The position numbers and the translations under genes are program-made. A DNA stretch of 46,985 nucleotides, taken from contig NMRA01000153.1 in the NCBI GenBank assembly GCA_002633005.1, forward strand, positions 254,789 to 301,773, read 5' to 3'. Below the pieces are notes generated by a model. The model did no database searches, was not told the origin of the DNA, and saw only the letters and a list, made by a program, of their open reading frames with translations. Source of the DNA: Phoronis australis. Taxonomy: Eukaryota > Animalia > Phoronida. Every line of letters begins with the position of its first letter. Position 1 is the first letter of the stretch. This document shows positions 11,494-23,849 of this stretch, one piece after another.

Positions 11494-12895
11494 TACGGGT
11501 GAGAAACAACATGACCACCGGTCCCTTTAAATCGGACCTACTCACCTAAAACAGGACCTCCGGGGATCAAATGGGACCGCCGCACAAGAAAATGGGACTG
11601 ACGCACCTAAAAGCATGACTGCCTCACCAGAAAACAAGACTGTCGGAGACTGAACATGACCGCCGGGGATTGAAACCGCAATGACAAACAAGCTAAGATT
11701 TATTACCGGTAGGCCTACAGGCATATGCAGGTCTTGTGCCAATTAATCCAACGAAATCTTTTGTGCGCTAGAGGACACTTCGCTTTGTAACATGCGGCAC
11801 TTTTAAGTTTTAACCACAAACCAACCACGTTGCACGCGTTTGAGCTAAATAATTATAACTTTATCCACTGCGTAAGTTTTAGAACAAAATGCAAATCGTT
11901 TTCTCCAATTTGACGTTTTAGTCAAGAAAAAAAACGGGCGTTCTGGTTCTCGGGTGAAGCATCCCAACTAGCCTTTATGCGGTAAAGCAGTATACTAGAT
12001 ATACAGCTTGTCGCCGATGTGGGTAAAACACTGAACATATAAAATCTTCACCGAATTAGTGTTACTAACGACGCTCTTCCTTGAGTCAACTAAATTATTT
12101 ATTGGCGCTCGCTGGGAAAATTGTTGTTCTGCCCTTATTCTGCTGCTAAAATTTAGGTTGGCTTACATTGACCAGTTTTTTTTACCGATTCTTCAGTCAG
12201 CTCGTCTTCTCTTCTACGAGGTTGCGTACATGGTACAACAAATTATCGGAACTGGTTTCATTTCGTCATAAGTTTTTAGTATTTTAATACCGGCAAACCG
12301 AATTTCAGAACAAATCGTGCTGCTGCGAAGTTCAGTCATCATCTTCCGAAAGATGTCGCAAAATTTTAAGAAATGGTGCGTACCCATGTCGCGAGTGCGA
12401 CAGACTTTTTTGTTACAACAGGCAAACAAATGACATTCATTAGATTGTTTTTCACTCAAGCGGCTGCAATCTGCAAGGTGAGTGTTGATTGACTCCTAGA
12501 TTTTACATGCGCCTGCTCCGCTCGCTAGCTGTACATGTTGATATAAGTTTCATGACGAGGTGACGAGCAGAACTATATCCGGGCTGTGGGAAATTTCGTG
12601 GATGTAACGGAGCTCAATGACACAGTGCTACCAAGCTTTACTTTGGCTAGTGTTTACACTGCTAGCTGACCGGTTACGTCATAACCCGCAGTATCATGCA
12701 AAGGCCTTGATAACTACATTTTGTCCGGCGGTCATGTTCAGTCCCCGGCGGTCCTGTTTTGTGACGGGTGGGGTGGTTTTTAGGTGCGTCAGTCCCATTT
12801 TCTGGTGCGGCGGTTCCATTTGATCCCCAGAGGTCTTGTTTTGGGTGAGTCAGCCCGATTTAGAGGACCGACGGTCATGTTGTTTCTCACCCGTG
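11494..12895. mobile_element. Non-autonomous DNA transposon with ~170-bp TIRs and (C/T)ACGGG..CCCGTG ends; Transib/Chapaev (CMC)-like
   Basis: TAGAC|TACGGGTGAGAAACAACATGACC ... GGTCATGTTGTTTCTCACCCGTG|TAGAC; TIRs built from ~21-bp subrepeats. The element is clear; the superfamily is inferred. Confidence 0.85.
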
Positions 12896-12951
12896 TAGAC
12901 ATTTAGTTGGCTTGTCTGTTAACATGACCTTGGTTTTTCTATTAATTTCAG

Positions 12952-13047
12952 ATTAAAAAGATGCAAGAGATGTTAGCAAAAATGCAACAACAGCTGACTT
13001 ATGGCAATAACAATGTGTCGTCTTCCAAGAGAACATTTAAAACATAG
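12952..13047 (+). CDS. SEPT4: Septin terminal coding exon
   Basis: tttcag|ATT; IKKMQEMLAKMQQQLTYGNNNVSSSKRTFKT*; matches the septin (L)RRMQEML coiled-coil end. Confidence 0.93.
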   Translation: MKKMQEMLAKMQQQLTYGNNNVSSSKRTFKT

Positions 13048-13191
13048 TTGTTGTCAAATGAAACTGACCAGTTTTAACTTCACATGAACAGCTCTTAAGT
13101 CGACATAGTTTTACATAAGATTTCACCCAGGACCAATGGTGGACCTTAAATATAAGGTTTAATTGTATTATGTTAATATTTAGAAATATCA

Positions 13192-13427
13192 GGCAAAAAA
13201 GGAAAGTTGGTTCTGGTTTTTACGCCCAACTTATTTAGAAACCTACACCCACACACTACAAAAATACCAGACCGCACTCGTTTAAAAACTGCACAAAGTT
13301 ACATGAGGAAGGTTTGAAGCACGATTTGTGAAGCGATGAGTAAAACACAAATCCTGCATCATTTTTGCTCATCTTAGGTAGATTTTGTTTAGAAGGCAGA
13401 TCGGAACCAACTGTGCTTTTTTGGCCC
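13192..13427. mobile_element. MITE just downstream of the septin stop codon (GG termini, possibly Zator-like)
   Basis: GGCAAAAAAGGAAAGTTGGTTC versus inverted GGCCAAAAAAGCACAGTTGGTTC. Confidence 0.6.
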
Positions 13428-16400
13428 TGATGTGCTGAAAGTTTTTTAGTGCAATTTTAAGGACAGTAATTCATTAAATCGGGGTAATTAAATATGTACA
13501 ATTTAATGCCACTTCAAATTTCCGAGCTTTAATATGCGTTGATGTGCTGAATTGTGGATTGCTTTCTATTAAACAGAAGAGCATTCTTACTGTTGTGGCT
13601 AGGGGGAAACAACTTAGCTTCACATTGTACTCGTTTGTGTGGTGCTTCACTTTTCACTAGAATTATTTTTAGAAATATTGTTCATATATGGCAAATGTCT
13701 CGATGCCCAAAAATGTGCTGTAGATGCACTCAACACAATGTTCCGTCAAATATGTGCTATAAACAAGTTCATAATGCCAGTTCGAAAACAAGTGCATTTG
13801 CACTGCAACAGAAGAAAGGTCAGTGGTGACTTGTTAAGCTTATTTGAGAACTGACGGCTGTCCAATGAGACACATTGTCAAGGTACCATGCAACAAGGTT
13901 TGATCTGGATGTTCTTGCTTTTCACACCAGGGTTTTCCTTGTAAATTTACCCAACTGTACTGTCAAGTATCATCGTGACATTGAACATTTGATGCTTGTC
14001 TGGTTTGTTTTCAGAAAATGTACAAGTTGTGCTAACACTTAACTTTAAGAGTGTGTATATTATCAGCAAGTCATTACGTAATGTTTTAGAAATCTCTTGT
14101 CACAGCAAACATGCCATGAATTATTTTATATGAAAACAGTCCCACTTCCATGCCAAGATTCCTAATTAAGTACTGTTTGCCCGATTCAAGGGGCAGGAGT
14201 GAAGTGGTGGGTGGGGAAAAAACAACACAAACTGATGTGAGCTACTCAATGTATTGTGAACAATACAAGAAAATATATAAGTTGAATAACTGCTGACTGA
14301 ACCAGGACTCTTCAGCTCTGTGTGCAGCGTCTCCATTGTCCACATTTAGAGATCAATTTTTAGTACACTTACTTCATCACAGTGACTTGAATGACAACAA
14401 AAGGGCACATAGCCTTCAATATTGGCAACAACTAACCCACCAACTCAGAATGTGACCAATGATGGACTACCATCTTGTCAAATATAGCATTCATCTGAGC
14501 CCAAAAGTCCAAGATCTTCATATCCGTATCGGTGGTACTGGGACGAGACTACATAGGAATCGCTGTGACCAATCCCTTAATTTCAGAACATGTTCAACAA
14601 TCATAATCTTCTTTTCGAACCAGTGGATTTATTTTCCAAATGGAGAAATCTGCATTTCAAAGTAAGAAATCAACCATCATTCACAACCAAATCCATCTTG
14701 TGCTTAGAAAACTGACTTAATTCTTCATTACCACGTTCAGGGGGTTAACATATGGTACATAATTTCAGTTTTAAGAAAGCAAATTTCTCCATTAAGAAAG
14801 TTGAAACAGTTTAAAAAGCTGGCTATTTGACACTGGTTAAGCTGCCAGTATTCACAGTCTCCAAATATTCTAATTCTGACCTCACAGACCATCAATAGTT
14901 CCCAGGAGTGCTGCCTGGTGAACTTGTGCAGCTTTACATTCAAGAATTACTGCCCTACCTCAACTTAATCAAAGAGTGATGGCATTTCGATTTGAATTGG
15001 TTTCGAGTGGGATGGACGCCATACTTAACGGAAAAATGACAAAGTGGTGCATTGGGTGACAACTATTGTGCTTCAGTATGTCTCAACTATTTTGCACTGG
15101 GGCCAACGGCCTTGGTGCTTGTACTGTTCGCTCCTCCATTCATATTTTACTGTTTGCATACTATTCCAGTCTTCCAAAATATTGCACAAACCAAATGCCG
15201 AGTTGCGATTAGGTAACTGCGTAGAGCACCGACCGAGCCACTACCAGTTCTCGGGCAATGCTTTAACACAGACATTCAATTTCAAATGTTCAAAATATAC
15301 TTTAAAATATTCAAACATCATGGGCAATGACAGATTCGTCGTACTTCAACTTGAAAACTATATTCAAAACCACACAAAAAGGACACTTTCATCACAGGCT
15401 TGGCTTTGAAATTACCACTTTCGCTACTTTTGCCAATAACTGAAAAATGATATCTAGCAGGTTGTCACCCATCCATGATGCTGGTGTACATTAAAGAGAT
15501 GAACAAAACAGGTCCTAACACTTTCACAGATAAAAAACAGTAATGTAACCCCTGCCAGCACATTAAAAGACATTCTAGCACTTCCAGCCACACTGGGCCC
15601 TGTAAGCTTGTTCAGTTCTAGACTAAACAACATGATTTTTATGATAGGAAGAAAGCAACGGAAAAACACTTGTGTTCTCAAGGAGGAAGGTGTGACACAG
15701 AGCATTTGTGAAATCATCGCAAATTCACAAGTGTTCTTGATATTTGATTTGAAGCAAATACGACCTATGACCTATGATCGTAGAAAGTTATGTCTACCAT
15801 AGACTTTATTGACAACAGTTGGGTCAGAGTTACCAAGACTTATTCAGTTGACAACACACTCCAATGTCATTCTACGCACAAAGGGGAACGTTGTGGGGAT
15901 GACGTCACCTCACTGTTCAACAACTAGGGAGTGTTCCTTCAATAATATTTTATTTCCTGGCATATTGAGGTCTTACTTAAAAAAATCTGTTCACATTTCA
16001 TTTCCATGAAAATCCCGTATCTTGTAATAGTAATGGCAACAGTTTGTTCGTCTGGTTCTCCTTTCTGGTCAGTGTCCCCCTACTATTTTATACACCGCTG
16101 GCAGGGATACCTCTTCTAGTCAATAGAGGGAGTTCACCATGGGTCACATTCAGAGAGCAGATTTATGAACCAGACATGTACTAGATAACAACAGCCATCT
16201 TTGTCTGAAGCTAATCAACAGATAAAGACTTTGTCCCTTGAAAGCATAGGACAGACATTTCGTTCCTTCTAGACAACCGGCTACTTTTAAAAAAATGATG
16301 GTGGCTGAGCAGATAGTTAGAATAGTTTTCCGGTGAATTATGAGCCAAAGTCTAAAATAATGACAAATTTACATCAGCAGACTGACAAGGTAAGATTGGT

Positions 16401-17602
16401 CTTCTGTCCAATTATGGTTCTGAGTAACGTTATTTCACATCTTTGTTCCGAAGCCCATATGGTGACACAACTTTTCCAAGATCCAATCACCAAAAAAACT
16501 GTGTTCTTTAAAACCAAAGCAAAGTGCCTAAACCAAACTTGTGGCCAATTTATCATTACAGTGTTTTCAATCCAAACCCTTGTTAGGGTTGTTACGTCCA
16601 CACTAAATTTCACAAATTTCAATGGTATCTCAGTGAACAATTTTTTTTGAGTGCCAACAATTTGAAAAAGAAGACAGTAGTTACCAAACTAAAATTATCC
16701 AGTCTTGCCTTTGAGAGAGCTAGAGAACAAAATCAGTCCCAGAGAGATAGTGCTGGAGTTCTCTCTACTTACTCCCATTAGCGGTAACTAACCACTTTGT
16801 ACTCATGGCAGTTGCAAACGACTAATCACTGTGTCTAGACAGTTTTTGCAACACAACTTCTGAACTTAAAATTCCTACGCGAATTGTCGCTTAAAATAGA
16901 GCTCGTCAGGTTTTGCTGCTCTGATGTTCTATCAACTTAAGGGAAATATATATATATACACGGCTTTCGTACCACTATGTATGTACACTTGCCTGGATTG
17001 TTGTATACCAAGTCCATACAATGCCGTATATGAAACAACGCAAAAAGTAGACAGGGCTTTAGTGAGATCTATTAGAGCAGTAGACAGTTGTCATAGGAGA
17101 CTAAAAGAACATAGGAGACTGGATAATTATGCGGCTCAATTCAAATGTTAACTGTGTGTCATCCGTCTGGACAAGAGAGGTCAACAACCGCATGGCCATT
17201 ACTGCCAGACAATCAATGTTCACTGTGTGGTCAACTCCACCGTATTAAATAAATAACTTATAAAAAGTGAATAAATAAGGAACCTAAAATTGCAATTTCC
17301 CCTTTCTATTTTGGCACCGTTTTCTCCCCCGCAACTTATTTTTGTTAAAAAAAGAAAACATTGTATTCAGCTCGTGTGCTGTTGATACAAAACAGGACTG
17401 TCCCAACAGTCTTGATTGTGCGTCGTCGGGGAATCTGCAACATATGCACTGTCCACCATCTTACCAGAATCTACCGCCATTGTACTGACAGTGCCGAGTG
17501 TCTTTGAGACAAAAGAAACATTACTACTACAAGCCATTGATCACATTAACAGTGCGTGGCGCCATGTTTGACACGAGCGCCACTAGGGGGGCCCAGTCAT
17601 AA

Positions 17603-18199
17603 TCATATGCTGCCAGTGCTCCCCCTTGTGAATACTGCTGGGTTAGATTCGGCTACAGCTTCCGAATAGGGTGGCGGATCTCCGGAGATACGGGGATTTC
17701 TGTTCACATCGCATGGAACTGTCGAATTTCCGCCTGCCCGCCGCGCGTGGTTTTCCACTGCGGCACTCCTGGACAGTGAATATTCATTATTGTTTCCCAT
17801 TGTGTAACAACGTACATAGTGAGTCACATCTCCATTACTATTCTTTACTATCCGTGTTGGACCTTTGCCGTTCTCCTTGCCGATGAGACTATACGAGTTC
17901 TGCGACCTGTAAGTGGGTGGGCTCTCTCGGCCGCATATTGTCCTGTTGGGCGGTCGGAAACATTCATACGTCTGATGACAGAACTGTTTGACAGGCAGCT
18001 GTTTTTGGTTGTTGGAGTATCCCTCCTCGCCGTCCACCGAGGACGGAATGAAAGGCGGCAACTCCAATCGTGGATCAGTCTGATTTGTGGACACAGCCTG
18101 TTTGTGGAAATGTCTTCTATTAAAATGTGCTCTGTTACTGCTGCTGCCATTTGAAGACACACTTGAATTCATAGCTCTATTGCTTGGTATGTAAACTAC
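17603..18199 (-). CDS. Terminal coding exon of uncharacterised membrane protein; disordered tail with PPTY and PPPY motifs
   Basis: Acceptor ctttgtttttcag|GTA is in frame with the 189-aa ORF, the longest in the window; VVYIPSNRAMNSS...ESPPTYRS...GDPPPYSEA...GSI*. Confidence 0.75.
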   Translation of the reverse strand, partial: VVYIPSNRAMNSSVSSNGSSSNRAHFNRRHFHKQAVSTNQTDPRLELPPFIPSSVDGEEGYSNNQKQLPVKQFCHQTYECFRPPNRTICGRESPPTYRSQNSYSLIGKENGKGPTRIVKNSNGDVTHYVRCYTMGNNNEYSLSRSAAVENHARRAGGNSTVPCDVNRNPRISGDPPPYSEAVAESNPAVFTRGSTGSI

Positions 18200-18595
18200 C
18201 TGAAAAACAAAGGAAACTTGATTTCATAAAACCTAAGTTGTTACGTATGATGGATGTCACCTCATAAAAAGTAGACATACCCTTGAGACAAAATATTCTG
18301 GCTGGCGATTATCTGCCAGCTCATTTGGCTAAAAAGTCACTCATTTTCTGTCTCCTCAACAGGGGGCACCTGTATATTGTTACTGCACAAACACAACTTG
18401 TGCAGAGACTGAAATATCTTGACAGAAGCATTGTTTCAGATTTCTGCACTTATGGGGAAAGCATACAGGCCAGTGACACAGTTGCATGCTAGGACTACCA
18501 GTGTGACCTCACTCAGACTGATCAACTGTGACAGGAGAGAAGCTACAAATTGTGCACAGATGGGCAATGTGCACACTCTTCCTAGGACTGGAGCT

Positions 18596-18621
18596 GGGGG
18601 GGGGGGGNGGGGGGGGGGGGG
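18596..18621. repeat. Poly-G tract containing an N
   Basis: Direct reading; length unreliable. Confidence 0.8.
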
Positions 18622-19960
18622 AAGTGAATAGGACTCTTTGAATTGTAACCAACATGATCAAGTATGCTGTATGGAACACCAAGAGGCCATGCTAAGCAGG
18701 GATTCTGTATAATGATCCATCCAACCCTACCACAAACCTCAATGATTTATTTGTGGTCAGTGGCAACAATAAGCAATTAAAGTTTTGTAATAAATAGCAA
18801 GGCTCCATTATAGGCTCCACAGAGCTTCACAATGACAATAAAACTACACAGAACTTCACAGTGACAATAAAACTCCTCAATGTCGCCATTAGCGTATTTA
18901 AAAAAAACAAAAGAAATCTCAAACGAAAATATTTCATGCAACTGGGAAAATCTAGTTATTGATTTTTTAAAGTTTCCCTGTCTACACGGATAAAAATCTA
19001 CTTAACTTCTATTGATCTTGGAATGAATAACAAAATTACGGCGTCATATTTTAATGCGGAATTGGACTGAGGCAGTCTAGACATTTCATAAGCACTATAG
19101 GCACACTTCACCACAACAGACCAAGCATTTAGACTGAAGAAAGATGTACATTATCACATGTTGACATCAAAGAGCTATTGATCATTAATGACTTTGCCTC
19201 TCTGACTGTCCTAATGCATTGCCAACAGCCTCACGTCTGCTACCTTCTACTACCGTCTGCTATAATCTACAACAGTTTCCAGGATTTGATCAATACTTTT
19301 AATTACAAATGGCAATGTCTTAAGTTGGGATTTATTTGTTGTAATCAACTTGTGTTTGTTTTTCCAACTCTGTTAACTTGCAACAGTTAAATTTGGATTG
19401 ATACGCATTCAGTTTCCCAGGCTGCTGCGGACAGGGTTGCAGACAGACAGGGTTGCAGACGAACACAACAGATGCAAGTTGATATGTGAGCAGTTGCATG
19501 GTTTAAAAATGTCTGTTTTCACAAACACTGACGTCAGTGTGTTATTTGGCTGAACATAAGCAACTATAAGCACGTCTGCAATATAAGACAGGATACTGAA
19601 TGCAGACAATTCATCAAGGTGACTAAAAATTAGTGGGTATGACGTATATGATGGAGCCCAAAAAAGCATAATTGGTTATGGTTTTTCATTTTATTAAAAA
19701 TCAAGTCGGTTGTGCTGAATAGTTCTTCGCTTTTTCAAAATATAAAATCCACCCAGGACGAGCAAAAATGTTGAGTGATGTTTTCTACTTATCACTAAGC
19801 AAATCTGGCAATTCAAGCCTTGCTTACCCTCATTTACATGCCTTTGCATAGCTTTTCAAAAAAAACCCCGGAACTTAAGCTGAAATTGACATGGGTGGAT
19901 ACATTTTATTTAGTTAGTGAGCGCAAATACCAAAGTGAGTCCGGCAAAGACAAGACTCAC

Positions 19961-20083
19961 CTTTGCCCTGTTTGGCCTAAACAGTCTCCTGACCGTCCAC
20001 TTAGTCCACAAAATGAAGGCCAGACAAGTAGCAGACAGAGTGAAATCCAAGAAGTTTAATGCATAAACCTTTATGTCCTTGAC
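19961..20083 (-). CDS. Transmembrane-encoding exon of the same gene
   Basis: ccaaag|GTC...AAG|gtgagt; 123 nt, phase 0-0; VKDIKVYALNFLDFTLSATCLAFILWTKWTVRRLFRPNRAK (hydrophobic stretch followed by a basic cluster). Confidence 0.7.
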
Positions 20084-20530
20084 CTTTGGAACAGCATCAG
20101 ATGAGTAGGAGAAGTGAGTCTATTCAGACATTATGAACGAACACTGATACTTGAAAAGTGCCCTTAAGAGGTATTAAAGAGTTTATTCAGACAAGATGGG
20201 GAAATCTGACAAGATACACCACGGAAAAAATGATTGTGTAACAATCAAAAAGAAAGAGAAATGGAAACCAAAAGGGCAGCCGTAGAAAGGGTAACAGCGC
20301 ATCAGTGTAAAGAGCCTGAAAATGTTAAGGCATCGAGAACAGTGAAAGCGTCAATATCGACACGCTCGCTCGCCAGTTAACAGGGTGAATGACCGAAGTT
20401 CCAGATGCCAGACGGATAATCCAGACTTCAGAAGCTGTCAGACAATTGAACAGCATGTGCTCTATAACAAAGAAGACCTAACAACTTGAGCCAGACGTGT
20501 GGCATGAGGCGTAGTTAAGCAAAGACTCAC

Positions 20531-20545
20531 AATTTGTTCCAACAT
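20531..20545 (-). CDS. Putative first coding segment (MLEQI) at the end of a mostly UTR exon (about 20655-20531)
   Basis: AAAATG context, in-frame TGA 9 nt upstream, donor ATT|gtgagt in phase 0 matching the next exon; candidate acceptor ctttag at 20656. Confidence 0.55.
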
Positions 20546-21740
20546 TTTCTTTTTTCACACAGGACCAGACAGAGCAACATCGAAGGACACCCTCATCTAC
20601 TGTCAATACACTTGTCTGCCACCTGTGAACTTCAACACCTGTCCATTTTCAGCCCCTAAAGCCTTTCATTGATGAATGATGTAATATCCAGACAAACAAT
20701 AGTCAGAGCAGAGTTAGTGGACCCACAGTTCACTGACCACATCATTAGGTCACTCAACCCTTCACTCCAATAAAAGGAGGTGATTCAGTGACATGCTTTT
20801 CAGTCACTTTGTCTACAACAACGACATTTCATGCTAAATCAGATACAGTTGCTTTAAATAACACATTCACAATAGGCCTGTATTGAAAAAATCAATAACC
20901 AGGAAAAGGCATAAATTTTTGCAGTGAAAATCAAGTCACTTTTTTGGTATATCTTTTTTAAATTTTGTTTTGAATGTAAAATTATTTAATCTGGATTCAC
21001 ACACGTAGCAGCCTCCAAGCATAGCATGAACTGACTTGCATAATCACCGTACAACACAACATTTACGAAATGAATAAAACAGCCAGTACACCTAATGACC
21101 CCCTACATCAACACTGATAATTCTGCTAAGACCAAATCAAGCGACAACATTATCGGCTGGTCCATGTTTCTGAGGTTATCAAGTACACAAACATTATGGT
21201 TCACTTAAGAGGGCTCCTCAAACAGTATCAGTGAATGCACACAATTAATACCATGCAAAGTTCATTGGAAGCATACAGATGTAAACTTCCACCAAAATCC
21301 ACACAATCAAGTGATCCTCAAACAAGAAATTCAAGAACACCAACCAACAGACATTTATTATCGAAAGTTCATCAAGGCTGCAAAATCCTTCTTAGAAAGC
21401 CAACTTTCCACCCAATCCGGCTCCATTTGCAACGATTCCCAAGCCTCGGAGATGTGGGTGATTGCGACATGAAGGCTAATAAGAAGCTGTTTACCCACAA
21501 TCCCCAGTGGTGACCATCGTGGAAGGACAGACACTGACTGATTACTCATTCAGTAATTCAGGTCTAAGGCAGGAAATGAGTGATCAGCTGCGTCTCCCCA
21601 ACCACACTAAGTGATTGCCTCTCCTTCTTTAACTCAGTTTGGCCAGACGTCAAATCAGCGCAATTTTTATAATGTAATTTACCATTACATCGCCTCTGTA
21701 ACGTATTGATGCAAAAAGACGCATTACACACAGAAGAGTC

Positions 21741-21880
21741 TTCTAAAGTGAAGGTCTAGGACAACTAATACTGCTAAAGTGAAGGTCTAGGACAACTAAT
21801 ACTGCCAAAGTGAAGGTCTAGGACAACTAATACTTCTAAAGTGAAGGTCTAGGACAACTAATACTAAAGTGAAAGTCTGG
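21741..21880. repeat. 31-bp minisatellite x~4.5
   Basis: AAAGTGAAGGTCTAGGACAACTAATACTGCT unit. Confidence 0.95.
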
Positions 21881-22674
21881 GAAAAGTAATACTCATACTC
21901 ATCTACAAAACTTATGAAGACTTGGGATGGAGCTTCTAGATGGAGCTTTAAGTGCGTGTCTGCACATAAGTTAACCATCCAACAGCACCACTGAAAGAGT
22001 ACACAGACCTGGCACTGTACTCAAAGGCAATTATATAGGTAATCATGATTTATATGAAAATATAATTGCACTTTTGCAATCTCAAACTTCACACGATCAA
22101 GGAGTGTCAGCGGATATTTATAAAGAAGAGAAATCCGACATATTACCCGTACTAAGCATGGTGCAGAGCAGTGTATTTTAAAAAATAGATTGGGTTTGTA
22201 TTATATGCATCAAAAACTAATACACGGCCATTTGCAGAGACACCTACCAGCAAAAATCTGTATTACTGAGACCCTTGTACAATACTAGGATTTTTTGCTA
22301 TGATGAGTTAGCATATCAAATTTCATAACATTGCCAAAAATGCAAGAATTTGGAGATTACGCCTTTATCAAAAATAATAGGTTTTCGAAGATTTTATGTT
22401 GTGTTTCAGAAGCGACAAGTCCTCAACTGGGCATTTTTCGGGTTTTTTTCCATTTTTAACACTTTTGTTTTAAATAGTACACACACAACTGATTTCACCC
22501 AATAAAAACATTTTAAGTGTGCTTACATTGAAAGTATAAACACAGCTTTACATATTAGCAGGTGTAGGAACCTAAACCCAGTACCATACTATTACAAACA
22601 AAACATATTTCGCTGAATGCTGTTCAAATTCCTGTTTGGTGTTGTGAACTTTAAACATACACCTTAAAATTTAA

Positions 22675-23849
22675 CAGCTGATTTCATAAAAGTGGTTTAA
22701 CAAAACCATGTTGAAGACTTAAACCTGGTCTTCCTAAACCTGGTCTAATTTTAGACCTAACATGCATCTCACCAACATGGTTTAAGTCTTGAAAACCTGG
22801 TTTTGTTAGACCATATAGCTGGTTTAGTAAAACTAGGTTTAAAGTATCTAAGCCACCCTACTGTGCTGATCCGGATTAACCCAACAAAGAAACTATTGAA
22901 GTGCTTCAATGAAACCTTGATCACGTGGGTACACAATAGCACACAGCAGTAGAATCAGTGCAGACATTTTCGAAAAAGGGCTAAAAGCTTTTCTCATGAG
23001 GAAAAATGTTCCCTCCCATAACTAATCAGAGAAAAAGCCAATGTCATAGGCGAGAATAAGAAAATGGTGCCAAATCAAGTCAACGTAAGCAGCAGGCTTG
23101 GAGAGATATTGATCCAGAATAAAGGCCAGAAAGAAAATTTCATCAGTGAAAAAATTGTGCCCAGAAAAACGGCGAACAGCACACGTACACACATTAAAGT
23201 ACATGCTCACGATTAACCGCAATATAGTAATAGTAAATGCACACATTTATTTCCGTGTCATTTTACTTTTTTGTGGCCAAAGGGGGGGAGGGCACAGGGG
23301 CGGATCCAGGATTGAGTTTTGGGGGCCAGGGCAGAGTATTAACCAGGATTTTGCCCGTCAGACAATCGCACCCCGGACTGCCAAATGCAATCTGGGATAA
23401 TTTTAGTGGAGGGGGGGGCATGGCCCCAATCCGCCAGTGGGGCAGGACCCAATGCCTCTGTTACTTTTGATCTTGTGTCATCCTGAAACTGCATATTGAA
23501 AATAGTCCATTCCCCCTCTAAAACTACGTCCTAAATGCAAACCACAGCAACATCCAGTTGCACCTATATTGTACAAGTCTGCCATATTTAATAGTGTTAA
23601 ACCTGGGTCTGACCAAGTCTAAAGTTAAACCTGGTGTAAGATCTTAATACAGGTCTAAGTAATATATACCTCGTTGATGAAATGAAAACTGACTTAGACC
23701 AGGTCTAAACTGGAGTCTGGAGACCAGGTTTTACTAGACCAATGATCTAGAAGTTAAACCACCTTTATGAAATGCAGATTATCTTTAAACCTGGTCAAAC
23801 TACAGTTTAAACCAGGTTTAACTTTAAACCACCTTTTTGAAATCGGCTG
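22675..23849. mobile_element. TIR element rich in AAACC(A/T)GGT subrepeats, interrupted by nested sequence
   Basis: CAGCTGATTTCATAAAAGTGGTTTAA versus inverted CAGCCGATTTCAAAAAGGTGGTTTAA; repeat-rich arms at 22675-22845 and 23597-23849. Confidence 0.65.
23295..23439. mobile_element. Short MITE CAGGGGCGGAT...ATCCGCCAGTG
   Basis: Imperfect 11-bp TIR; GGGCA directly flanks both sides (23290-23294, 23440-23444). Confidence 0.7.

Noticed and set aside
15190-15260. tRNA/SINE-like A box on the minus strand (GTGGCTCGGTCGGT)
   Set aside because: No B box and no cloverleaf.
17671-18162. Extra ORFs overlapping the PY-gene last exon
   Set aside because: Alternative-frame and antisense shadows of a GC-richer coding exon.
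20190-20460. Hydrophobic minus-strand frames between PY-gene exons
   Set aside because: No phase-compatible acceptor/donor pair; explained by a T-rich intron.
21358-21549. 63-aa minus-strand ORF as an upstream exon
   Set aside because: Ends in a stop with no convincing donor; no homology recognised.
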